A DNA stretch of 64,000 nt from an uncultured Methanosarcinaceae archaeon (GTDB taxonomy: Archaea; Halobacteriota; Methanosarcinia; Methanosarcinales; Methanosarcinaceae), in assembly GCA_963833425.1 (NCBI GenBank), contig CAWHXP010000007.1:224001-288000 (forward strand), given 5' to 3'. A program made the position numbers and the translations under genes. Below the pieces are notes generated by a model that was not told the origin of the DNA, ran no database searches, and saw nothing but the letters and a program-made list of their open reading frames with translations. This document shows, piece after piece, positions 33,959 to 44,503 of this stretch; the first letter of the stretch is position 1, and every line of letters starts with the position of its first letter.

Positions 33959-36900
33959 ATGCATATACTCATGTGTAATGAAAGGTTTCTTTTCCGATTT
34001 GGTGCAGATAGAGTAAATTTAATTTTAGGAAAGGGGCTGAAGGATCTAGGCCATATAGTGTCTTTTATGGCAAATAAATATGATAAAAATGTCGTAGAAT
34101 CTATTTCGTCCCAAATTATCGAAATTCCTGCTTTAACAGACGACTACCTAGATTCAAATGAGTATACTGTTAAATGGTTAGAGCAAAATTGGAATAAACA
34201 TTTCAATACCAATAGTAAGCCAGATGTTGTTTTAATTAATGGATGGCCTTTTTTTTCAGCCATTCGTTTTTTTAATAAAGTAGGAATTAAAACGATTTTC
34301 ATAGATTATGGTGCAGTTCCTCTTGAGGGTTTTTCTGGTGGGGCCAAAATTGTTCAGGAAAAACTGCGTCTATTGAGAAAAATGTTTCTGCCAGATGCGT
34401 CTCTTATTATTGGCATAAGCCAATTTATAGTTGATTCCCAAAGTAAAATTGACGTAGAGAATAGAGTGCCGACAAAAGTAATTCTATTGGGTGCAGACCA
34501 CATGAGAATGAAAGTTTGGGACTCTGAGGATCTACTTTTATCTAAATCTTCTGAATATAAGGCTAATCTCCTTGAGTCATTAAAATCCAAGGGGAAAAAA
34601 ATTATATTAAATTTAGGTCGATGGGAACCCGGTAGTTACAAAAATTCAGACGTTTCCTTTGATGTAATGCGCCAAATAATTAAGTTTTTCCCAAATTGTG
34701 TTTTACTTATTCTTGCTAATTCTAAAGATGTTGAGATTCCCACTGATTTGAAAAAATCTATCCTTCCAATTGGTTTTCCTGATGACGAAGAGTTAATAAA
34801 AATAATGGAAGAAGCTGATATAGGGATTTCACTTTCTCTTTGGGAAGGGTTTAATTTGCCAATCGCAGAGATGCAAATTCTTGGTCGACCTGTTCTCGCT
34901 TTTAATATAGGTGCACATCCTGAAGTTATTATTCATCCGTGGTATTTATGCAAAAATAATTATGAAATGGTTGATAAAGCCTGTGATATTTTAAGGGGTA
35001 AGGGATTAGATGTCGATATAAAAAGAGATTCATTGAATAAATTTATGAATTATTTTAAGTGGGAACGGGTAATTCGTGAATATAACATGCTTTTGGAAGA
35101 ATTGATTTCAGAAAATGATACACATGCACAAGAAAAAATCTCCTTAATAATCGATGTAACAAATGCTGCCAGAGACCCTGCAAACTCTGGTGTCATACGT
35201 GTAACTCGCAGATTAAGCCGCGAATTCCAAAAATATTTAGATCCAATTTTTGTGATTTGGAATCAACAAGATAATTGTTATGTATTCCCCACAATAGAAG
35301 AATTTCAAACTTTAGGACAGTTTAACGGTCCCTTATTATCTAATAAAAATAGAACATCACCTGCAGACCATAGAATTACCCTTAACGATTGTTTAGTTCA
35401 CCTTAATAATGAATCAACTAAATGGCTTATCTTTACCGAAACTCTTGACGAGTCATATGGGAAGCTAGTCCGCCGATATGCAAGGGCTCATGCCATTAAT
35501 TTAACAGCAATTTTTTATGATGCAATTCCATTATTGTTTACTGAATTTTGTAAAGATGAAGTAATCAGAAATAATCATGCCAGTTATATGATTGGACTTG
35601 CCGAATGCGACATTATTATCCCGATTTCAAATTATTCTTCTTCATGCTTGGATAATTTCTGGAAAGATCATAATATTAAAGGTTGTGTTTTGTCACCAAA
35701 TTTACTTCCTGGAGAATTTGGTGGTTTTGAAAGAACTCAAAACATTCAAGAATCAATACCAAGTAAAGTTAGTATCTTATGTGTATCTACATTAGAACCT
35801 CGAAAAAATCATAAAAAACTTATTGATGCCTGCCTTCAAATGCAAGAAAAACATCCTGAACTGGATTGGACTTTGACATTGGTCGGTAATCGCTATGCAG
35901 GTGCATTTGATATTGCAGATCACGTTCAGAACATTTCAAAGCAAAATCCCAGAATAACGTGGTTAGGAGTTGTTGATGATGCTACACTGCATGAGCTTTA
36001 TAAAGAAGCTACGTTCACAGTATATCCCTCAATAATCGAAGGTTTTGGTATGCCTATTTTGGAAAGTATTTGGCATGGGAAACCCTGTATCTGTTATCAG
36101 GAGGGCGTAATGTCAGAGATCGCAGCCGAAGGCGGCTGCCTGACTACCGATGTATTAGATGAGAATAAGTTATCCTATGACATATATCGATTAGCTATTG
36201 ATAAAGAATTATTGCTTAAATTATCAAAAGAAGCAGTTGTACGAAAGATTAAGACATGGGAGGATTATGCACGCAGCTTCCTACATATTCTTCAATCGCA
36301 TAACCCAATTATGAAGTCTACTATAACTCAAAATCAGTGTATTGCATCACAAAATAACCGAAACTTGGAAGATGTTCTTTATCCAGAATGCTTATGCAAA
36401 AATTGGCAAATGAATCATTCGGAGAGATTAGTTCTGACAGCGCTACTGTCACGTTTGAAACCTCTATGTAGTATCGAAGTCGGGACTTACGGAGGGGGGT
36501 GTTTATCCCTTATCTCACGATATTCGAAAATGGTTTTTTCCCTTGATATTGATCCAAGATTACCTGATAAATTTAGTAATTTGAGAAATATAACTTTTTT
36601 GATTGGACCTTACTCAGTTACGTTGTCTAGATTGCTACAGGAATTGGCTGCTGAAAATATCCCAATTGAGTTTGTTCTCATTGACGTAGATCATACCGCT
36701 GAAGGGATCAAAGATGCTATAGATTGTTTACTCAGTTATATTCCTCAAAAACCACTTTTTGTAGTCCTTTATGGTAGTTTCAACCCAGAATGTCGCCAAA
36801 GAATATTAGAAACAAATTGGGAGAAATCTCTCTATATACATTATTTAGACGTTGATTTTGTACTCGGTAGATTAGTTGAGAATGAAAAAACTCCTCATGG

Positions 36901-37018
36901 AGAAATGCGAGGAGGATTGTTGTTAGCATATTTGAAGCCTGACAGGCGCAGTCTCAAGCTGGAAATAAATCAAACTGGCAAGGAAATATATGAAAAAGTT
37001 AGTCAATATTTAGAATAA
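33959..37018 (+). CDS. multidomain protein: two GT4 domains + C-terminal class I methyltransferase-like domain
   Basis: Two EGFxLP motifs (SLWEGFNLPIAE; PSIIEGFGMPILES with VSTLEPRKNH); C-terminal SIEVGTYGGG...LDID...IDVDH. Confidence 0.85.
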   Translation: MHILMCNERFLFRFGADRVNLILGKGLKDLGHIVSFMANKYDKNVVESISSQIIEIPALTDDYLDSNEYTVKWLEQNWNKHFNTNSKPDVVLINGWPFFSAIRFFNKVGIKTIFIDYGAVPLEGFSGGAKIVQEKLRLLRKMFLPDASLIIGISQFIVDSQSKIDVENRVPTKVILLGADHMRMKVWDSEDLLLSKSSEYKANLLESLKSKGKKIILNLGRWEPGSYKNSDVSFDVMRQIIKFFPNCVLLILANSKDVEIPTDLKKSILPIGFPDDEELIKIMEEADIGISLSLWEGFNLPIAEMQILGRPVLAFNIGAHPEVIIHPWYLCKNNYEMVDKACDILRGKGLDVDIKRDSLNKFMNYFKWERVIREYNMLLEELISENDTHAQEKISLIIDVTNAARDPANSGVIRVTRRLSREFQKYLDPIFVIWNQQDNCYVFPTIEEFQTLGQFNGPLLSNKNRTSPADHRITLNDCLVHLNNESTKWLIFTETLDESYGKLVRRYARAHAINLTAIFYDAIPLLFTEFCKDEVIRNNHASYMIGLAECDIIIPISNYSSSCLDNFWKDHNIKGCVLSPNLLPGEFGGFERTQNIQESIPSKVSILCVSTLEPRKNHKKLIDACLQMQEKHPELDWTLTLVGNRYAGAFDIADHVQNISKQNPRITWLGVVDDATLHELYKEATFTVYPSIIEGFGMPILESIWHGKPCICYQEGVMSEIAAEGGCLTTDVLDENKLSYDIYRLAIDKELLLKLSKEAVVRKIKTWEDYARSFLHILQSHNPIMKSTITQNQCIASQNNRNLEDVLYPECLCKNWQMNHSERLVLTALLSRLKPLCSIEVGTYGGGCLSLISRYSKMVFSLDIDPRLPDKFSNLRNITFLIGPYSVTLSRLLQELAAENIPIEFVLIDVDHTAEGIKDAIDCLLSYIPQKPLFVVLYGSFNPECRQRILETNWEKSLYIHYLDVDFVLGRLVENEKTPHGEMRGGLLLAYLKPDRRSLKLEINQTGKEIYEKVSQYLE

Positions 37019-37031
37019 TGGAGTCATTATA

Positions 37032-38684
37032 ATGAAAAGGCGAATAATTTTTTGTTGTAATGTATACCCCCCCAATTTTATTGGAGGAGCTGAGTTAATA
37101 GCTCATTCTCAGGCTTTAGAGTTGAAAAAAAATGGCCATGAAGTAATAGTTTTTACCGGCGATATTAGTGAATTTGGGAAGAGGCATTCAATAAGACGTG
37201 AAGTCTATGAAGGTTTGACAGTTTTTCGGATACGTCTTGTTTCGGAAGACTATGAACCAGAATATATCAATTTTTACCATGAAAAAGTGGAAAATTATTT
37301 TAAAGAGGTTATCAATAGTTTTTCTCCGGATGTTGTACATTTTCACAATATCATAGGTTTATCTCTCGGGTTAATTTCCATTGCAAAACAAAGGGGGATT
37401 AAAACGGTTTTAACTCTCCATGATAATTGGGGTTTTTGCTATAAAAATACAATCATTAAGAGTGAAGGTGAGATTTGCCAGAATTTTATGCGTTGTAGAG
37501 AATGCAAACCATATATTTCGGATGAGAACAACAAGAACATTCCCATGAGAATCCGGCAAGACTTTTTCAAATTAATCTTTAGAGATGTAGATGAATTTAT
37601 ATCTCCAAGTCAATACCTTGCAAGGAATTATCATTTGGCTGGTATACCTGAAGAGAAAATTCATGTAATATGGAATGGAATTGATGTCCAGAAATTTTCG
37701 AATTTTTTAAAAGTTCCTGATGACAAACGGATTAGATTTACTTACATCGGATATTTTGGCAAACATAAAGGTATCGATGTGCTACTTGACGCATTGTCAT
37801 ACCTTACCAATCCGAATTGTTTTTCTGTCAATCTTGTAGGTAAAGGAGAATTAATTGAGAATCTTAAGAATAAAGTTAAGGAAATGGAACTTGAAGATAT
37901 CGTTTCCTTTTGGGGTAGAATTGATGATATTGGTGATGCTTATCGTAAAACAGATGTACTCATTCTCCCATCTATTTGGCCTGAAAATCAGCCGGTAACA
38001 ATTACAGAAGCAATGGCAGCAAGACTTCCGGTTATTAGTTCGAATTTAGGTGGAGTCCCAGAACTCATTGAAGATGGGGAAACGGGATATCTTTTTGAAC
38101 CAGGAAATCCGAAAGATCTTGCTCAGAAAATGTCAGAGTTTTTGTTACATCCGGAAAAAATGAAAATATTTGGAGAAGTTGCATATAATAAAATTGTAAA
38201 TAATACTTTAGGGAATCAGGTTAAAAAAATAGTTGATATTTATGATCTAAAAAATTCTGAGTTGGAACTCCAATGCGATGACGAAATAGTTGTAGCATGT
38301 ATCGGCAAAAATTTTGATTCGAGATGTGCTCAAGCTATAACTTATTTTCTAAATAAAAACCCAGAATTAAATATCCGCTTTATAATGATCGAATGGCTCC
38401 AAGAAGATCAGTTGAAACTAGTGAAAATTTTATGGATAGTTGATCCACAGATTGATAAAAATGAGATATATATAGCTTTAAATAATAAATTTCCTATTCT
38501 CGTTCCAGCGTGGAATAACATTTTGAAAAATATCTGCATAAAAGGAAATTGTGGTCTGTATTACCGTGACGCTTGGGAGGCTGAAGAGTGTTTGGAATTT
38601 CTTGTAAACAATGACAGAGAGAGGAAAATATTAGGCCTAAATTGTTTTAAGTATTCTAACAAGGCAACTATTCAGCCTGGATAA
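37032..38684 (+). CDS. GT4 glycosyltransferase with C-terminal extension
   Basis: YPPNFIGGAE, PDVVHFHN, TLHD, IWNGID, KGIDVLL, PSIWPENQP..ITEAMAARLPVI. Confidence 0.92.
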   Translation: MKRRIIFCCNVYPPNFIGGAELIAHSQALELKKNGHEVIVFTGDISEFGKRHSIRREVYEGLTVFRIRLVSEDYEPEYINFYHEKVENYFKEVINSFSPDVVHFHNIIGLSLGLISIAKQRGIKTVLTLHDNWGFCYKNTIIKSEGEICQNFMRCRECKPYISDENNKNIPMRIRQDFFKLIFRDVDEFISPSQYLARNYHLAGIPEEKIHVIWNGIDVQKFSNFLKVPDDKRIRFTYIGYFGKHKGIDVLLDALSYLTNPNCFSVNLVGKGELIENLKNKVKEMELEDIVSFWGRIDDIGDAYRKTDVLILPSIWPENQPVTITEAMAARLPVISSNLGGVPELIEDGETGYLFEPGNPKDLAQKMSEFLLHPEKMKIFGEVAYNKIVNNTLGNQVKKIVDIYDLKNSELELQCDDEIVVACIGKNFDSRCAQAITYFLNKNPELNIRFIMIEWLQEDQLKLVKILWIVDPQIDKNEIYIALNNKFPILVPAWNNILKNICIKGNCGLYYRDAWEAEECLEFLVNNDRERKILGLNCFKYSNKATIQPG

Positions 38685-39976
38685 AACACTATCAATAAAT
38701 ACTTTTTTTAAGATTAATTGGTAAATTTCAGTAATTTAATTTTGTTAACTATAGCTATTACTTTGTTTCTCTTTTTCCATTAGTTAGTAATTAGAAATAT
38801 TTATTACTTCAAAATCAATATAAATCGGCTGTTTTTGGTAGGTTGGATGGCTGCTTAAAGAGTTATTCGTTGGTCATCGGTTACGGAATTATTTCCTTCT
38901 TAATCCTACCTTTTTTGACTCCTATTACATTATATATTATTTCAACAATTCCTCGCAAAATCTTCCAATGTTTACGTGTGGATCTTATTCTTGATTTCTA
39001 TATACACTCATTTCACACATTGAGCTAATATAGCGAAGTGGGAATATATGAAATTCAACATTCTATAATTTCGGTTTTATCGAGTAAAGTCAACGCAGTA
39101 AATATCATTTCAAATATCGTGGAGATACATACCGATGTCGACATCGCGTGTATAGCAAACGCATCTGGTATTTGCTTTGTAATGTATTAGCTAAAAAACC
39201 AAGGAAAATTTGAGATCAGTTCAAATTAGCATTACAGATGCCACAGCTAAAAGTTCAGCAGATTTGTACTGCAGTGTAATTATTATAGTTAACAGCAATT
39301 GGAGTGTGGTTTAGTTAGACGCCCTCGTTCCAGTTGCAGTTGAATTATTCGAATTGAGAAACACCATAGTTTAAACTTAATGATCTGATAACTTTTTACT
39401 TATTTCTTTTCAGTTCCTTTAAGCTGATTTAGATAGGTTTTCTGCAAAGCTCAAAAATTATCTCTTCTTTTTACGACCTAAAGTTAAAGGGTTCTATACA
39501 GAATACTTTCATTCGATTCCTCAAGATTGGAAAATTTCAAGACCTCATTATGGTTGATCTATTTACGGGTGTGATTTACACCGAAGTTCTAATGTAAGTT
39601 TATAGCTTAGTAAAAATATAATTAAAGGATCAAATAGATTCCTTGATTCTTGTGCTTACCTCAAAATGGGGGAAATTAAGTTGCTTATAATATTTTCAAT
39701 GGTAAGAATAATTCTGATAGAGATCATATATTGTCGGTAGGAGTAATTTAATAAGTTTCTAGTTTAGTTTGGGCGTTGGTCGATAAAACAAGACTATGGA
39801 TATGAATTTTATTTAACTATCAAAATTAGAATTTTAATTATTTTTTATCTGTAAAATCTTAATTTTTCCGAATATTTGACCTTCATACACAAAAAGTCAA
39901 GGCAAAAAGTTTTTGATGACCTGAATACAGTATAAAATTAATTAATGTTAACACAAATACTAGTTGGAGATTTCCT

Positions 39977-40922
39977 ATGCCTACAAAGAATAATATACTT
40001 GTGACAGGTGGAGCCGGATTTATAGGGAGCCACTTGGTTGATCGCCTTATAGAAGAAGGAAACAGAATTACTATTTTTGATAATCTGAGTTCAGGAAAAA
40101 TTAAATTTATAGAGAAACATCTTGAAAACACTGATTTTACATTGATTAAAGGAGACATTCTTGACCATGAAAGGATAGAAAGAGCTTGCAAAGATATTGA
40201 CCTAGTTTATCATATAGCTGCGAATCCAGATGTCAGGCTTGGGACTTCAGATACTAAAATCCATTTCGATCAGAACATTTTAGCAACATACAATCTTCTG
40301 GAATCTATGAGAAAAAACGAAGTTAAAAAAGGTAGTATTTACCTCCACCTCTACAATTTATGGAGAGGCACAAATCATGCCAACTCCAGAGAATTACGGC
40401 CCCCTGATACCTATATCACTATATGGCGCTTCCAAACTTGCCTGTGAAGCTCTTATTACCGCATATTCTCATACTTTTGATATCCAAGCATGGATCTTCC
40501 GTTTTGCAAATATTGTCGGCTCTCGTAGCACTCATGGGATTATTGTTGATTTCATCCGAAAACTGCGAGAAAATCCTACCCAGCTGGAGATTTTGGGTGA
40601 CGGTAAGCAGGAAAAGTCCTATTTGCATGTATCAGAGTGCGTCAATTCGATATTGTTTGCAATAAAAAAAAGCAGAGAAGATGTAAATATTTTTAATATT
40701 GCCTCAGAAGATACCATCAGTGCTACAGAAATAGGAAAAATTATTGTGGAAGAAATGGATCTTTCTGATATTAAGTTTAACTACACTGGGGGGAGCAGGG
40801 GCTGGAGAGGTGATGTAACAAGGATGAGATTAGACATCGAAAAACTCAAGGCCATAGGATGGAAGCCTGCCTATACGTCAGAGAGGAGCGTGAGGGAAAC
40901 TGTAAGATCATTGATTACTTGA
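39977..40922 (+). pseudogene. NAD-dependent epimerase/dehydratase (UDP-glucose 4-epimerase-like), single +1 frameshift in A-run
   Basis: ILVTGGAGFIGSH in the first ORF and YGASK/RFANIVG in the second. Removing one A from the A6 run at 40325-40330 restores KKVVFTSTSTIYGE and fuses both. Confidence 0.88.
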
Positions 40923-41804
40923 TATAGGTTCATATACTCCTGTAATCTCTAAAGTTATTGATTTCAATATATATCTTTATTACTTTTTTCTTCTTCATAT
41001 GACTTTAATAAGGTCAATAAATTCTACAAAATCTCGATAGTCTGTACCAATATACTCTTTCAACAAAATCAGTACAAGAAGCTGATGCTGGGTATTAACG
41101 TGTTTTTAATGCTTGCTGGAATGAAGCTTCAGTCTCGAAGACTGAACTGTTTCAAGGCTGTTATCAACAAATTTAATGTACTTATTAAACTTCAATATTG
41201 AATGTTCCTTCATTTTTAGCAGAGAAATAAGAAGAGTATTCTAATGGAGCAATCATAATAATGTAGTGTGAAAGTTCAATTTAGAGCATTTTTACAGAGC
41301 CCATATTTTCACGATTTATGACATGATTGAAACTTTATTGTTGGTGGGTCAATAGGTTGTCAGCCAAAAAATAAAATATTGCTTTATCAGGACAATAAAA
41401 ATATTTTACAACCTAGATTATTGTTTTAGTAAGTATGATATTTGTTGATAATTGTTGGCTATTCTTCAAAATTATTAGAAAACATAAATAATATTTAACA
41501 GTAGTTCAGCTTTCAAATTCTTCATGCGAAAATAATTTATCTATGAATCTATTGTAAAAACTGTAAATTTCAAACGCTAATTCTTTTTAAATGTTCCGTA
41601 CTGAAATATATCTAATTCAGAAATTATAATATTGTATATTTAATATAATTTTATTGTTCGATGTTAAAATATTTTTTGTCGAAAAAACTTTTATTCAGAA
41701 ATTAATTTTCTTATAATAAATTTAAAATAATCAAGATGCTTATTAAAGTTGTGTTCACTGCCGTTTGAAAATACATTTAGTTAGATCGTGCATTGCTGTT
41801 TAAA

Positions 41805-42168
41805 GAGGATTTCTATAAGCACATAAATTTAGTGAGCTGCCGATATGCTGGTATTTAAAAAAACTCGTAGAAATTAGAGTTTATTGGAGTCCTCTTAATT
41901 GAACAAAAGTTAGACAGGTAAAACTAAGCTAGATGTTGGTAAAGAGGTAATAGATGAAAGTAAATAACTAAATTATTAATATGTTAGACAGAAAAAATTG
42001 AAATAACTAAGAAACTATAATACTTATTGTAGTTCACTAAACTTTGTGAACACATTTAGTTTGTTCGAATAGTATTAGATTGAGGATTTCAATATAAATC
42101 CAAATTTTGACAGCTGTCTATACACCATTATAGACACTCAAAGAAAGTAGAGATTCATAGAAATCCTC
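41805..42168. mobile_element. candidate MITE / IS-end relic bounded by 12-bp inverted repeats
   Basis: GAGGATTTCTAT (41805-41816) and ATAGAAATCCTC (42157-42168); near-identical GAGGGTTTCTATAAGC also at ~58721; no ORF inside. Confidence 0.35.
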
Positions 42169-42315
42169 CAAAAATGAAAAGTTAGACAGAGATAACAAAC
42201 TAGACAGAAATCAGTATCAAAATTTTTGGAATTAATAGAATAGACATCAATCAACTGATTTTTGAAGAGTTAGCAAAAAGCAAATTCGTATTAAAAATAA
42301 ACGGAGGAAAATAAT

Positions 42316-42699
42316 ATGTTAAAAATTAGTATGAAAAAGGCACTAGCTATTTTGCTGATAGTTCTTGTAGTAGGAACGTTGGCAGCTGTGGCTGTTGATG
42401 GAAGTAGAGGCGGTCGTGGCGGAGGTCGTGGCGGAGGTCACTTTGGCGGCCGAGGCGGCTGGGGCGGCTGGGGCGGCTGGGGCGGCTACGGCGGCTACGG
42501 AGGCTGGGGCGTCGGATATCCAGTTGTTGGTTATGGCGCTTGCGGTCTTGGACTAGGTACATGCGGTCTTGGCTATGGCGTCTACGGCGGCTGGCCCTCC
42601 TGGGGCTGGGGCAACGGCGGCTGGGGCTGGGGCAACGGCGGCTGGGGCGGTCGAGGCTGGTATGGCGGACGTGGCGGACGTGGCGGACGTGGACGTTAA
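42316..42699 (+). CDS. putative secreted Gly/Trp/Tyr/Arg-rich low-complexity protein
   Basis: GGAGG SD; signal peptide MKKALAILLIVLVVGTLAAVA; RGG-rich ends flanking a GGW/GGY/WG core and two CGLG motifs. Confidence 0.85.
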   Translation: MLKISMKKALAILLIVLVVGTLAAVAVDGSRGGRGGGRGGGHFGGRGGWGGWGGWGGYGGYGGWGVGYPVVGYGACGLGLGTCGLGYGVYGGWPSWGWGNGGWGWGNGGWGGRGWYGGRGGRGGRGR

Positions 42700-44503
42700 A
42701 CCTCGCAATCATTAACAAACAATATCGTGAAACCAGAATAAATGAATCGATGCTCATGCATCACCATAAATTAATTTCTTTTTTTATTTTTTTCGATGTT
42801 AATTTCTTTTTAAGACTCTACCTGGATGAGATGATACTCTCAAAACTAACTATAGTAGAAATTTATCGCATGAATGCCATAAAAAATTATGTAGAAGTCC
42901 GATGATTTCTTATTACAAATAGTTAATATGAATATTTCTAAAAAATACTAAATTGGATGAAAAAAGTGTGTCTGAAGCTTATTCAAACGCTTGTGAGTTT
43001 ATTTCAGAACACGAAGTAGTTCTTAAAATTCCCGGTTAAATTTGGGAACTGCTACGAACATTCGTCTTCGTGAGATATCATTAGGACAAAACCGAGCATG
43101 CTCCTAAAGTGCAATTATCTAATTTCCATAGGACCAAGAGCAAATGACGTTTTTTTACTTTACCTTAAGAATGAAAAAGATCGAGCTGAATATCCACAAA
43201 TGATCTGTCCGCGTATCGAGGTAATTTAGTTAGCCAAGCAATAGCCCTTTACCTTGATTTTATAGTGCTCTCTAAATGGTTGAATACTAGATTCGCATAA
43301 TCTAAAATTGTTAATTAACTTATTCTTGCAGACGTTGCAATTTATTTAGTCGAATACCTCATACTTGCTTCTGGAAGAAAACTTCTCAGATAAATGATAT
43401 CAACCATTTAATCTATATTTTAAACTACCTCTGTACCATAAAAATGAGACTACGGAATGCGAATCGCTATACTTACAAAATTAGATATCATACGTTTTAT
43501 GGAAAAGTTTGTTTCGGACAATAATAGAATCAATTATATCAATGATAAAGGGTACTGTTTTGAGTCTGATTCAATCTGTACTGATGTCGAACATTTACAC
43601 TTTTAATTGTTGCCGAGCCAAAATAGATTCCTTAAAGATTTTTTTTTTTAAGATACAAAAATTTTGAAAACTACTAGGGACTAAAATCCAGTGATTTTTG
43701 GACTGATGAACTGGACCACTGAATCTGCAGGAGAAAGTGTTTTTCAATCAAGCTTGATATTGATACTACAATGCTTCAATTATGAGATATTTTAAAAAGA
43801 TCATATCAACTCAAATCTAGTAATTTTTTCAGTTTTACACAATCAAGTGATTTCGGTTGCATCAGACGAGCTAAAAGTAGTGTACCAGTGAGCTTCAATG
43901 TAAGCTTTAGAAAACCTTTTTAAAAAAGAGATCCAGAGCAAACTTTGAGAACAAATTCCAACCTGATGATGTGATAATTTCCAATTCATTAACATTATTA
44001 AATGCCACAGATAGTTGTTTTTCTACAATCAGGATGATGTTTTTCAAAGATTGCTATACCCCCTAAAATTCATTTTCTGTTCTTTCTTTTATAGAATTTA
44101 TGATATTGGTTCAAAATTAAGGGCAAGAAGGGCTGTAGTTCAAATCAGATATTTCAGACAGTTTAGGCTTAAAGTAGCATAAATTTTCTACTTAAACTAC
44201 ACAATTAATATGAACAATTCCATTTTCATGTTCTATAGTTATTTCTCTTGTATCTGGTTATTTTCAGCTAGATCATGTTATGAGTACCCATATATTTTAA
44301 TATACCATTTGAGTATTGTAAAAAAATCATTCGAAACAATGAATTACAAATTTTACTTGTTTCCTAAGAACCTTTTTTATAGGCTGGATGATGAAGATTG
44401 ATAGAATATCTAGGATCCGAATGTTAACTTTTTTGATAGTCTGAAAAGCCAGAAAATCAGAATCAATTAGTAAATTTGAAAAACCCAGGAAAAAAGAATA
44501 AAA

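Noticed and set aside
38843..39370. Possible gene remnant between the GT4 and the epimerase (also 43000-44050, 53400-54100)
   Set aside because: All frames I read were riddled with stops and matched no family I recognise
42347..42905. Arg/Pro-rich overlapping ORFs (42347-42757 -, 42540-42905 +)
   Set aside because: Shadow frames of the GC-rich Gly-repeat gene
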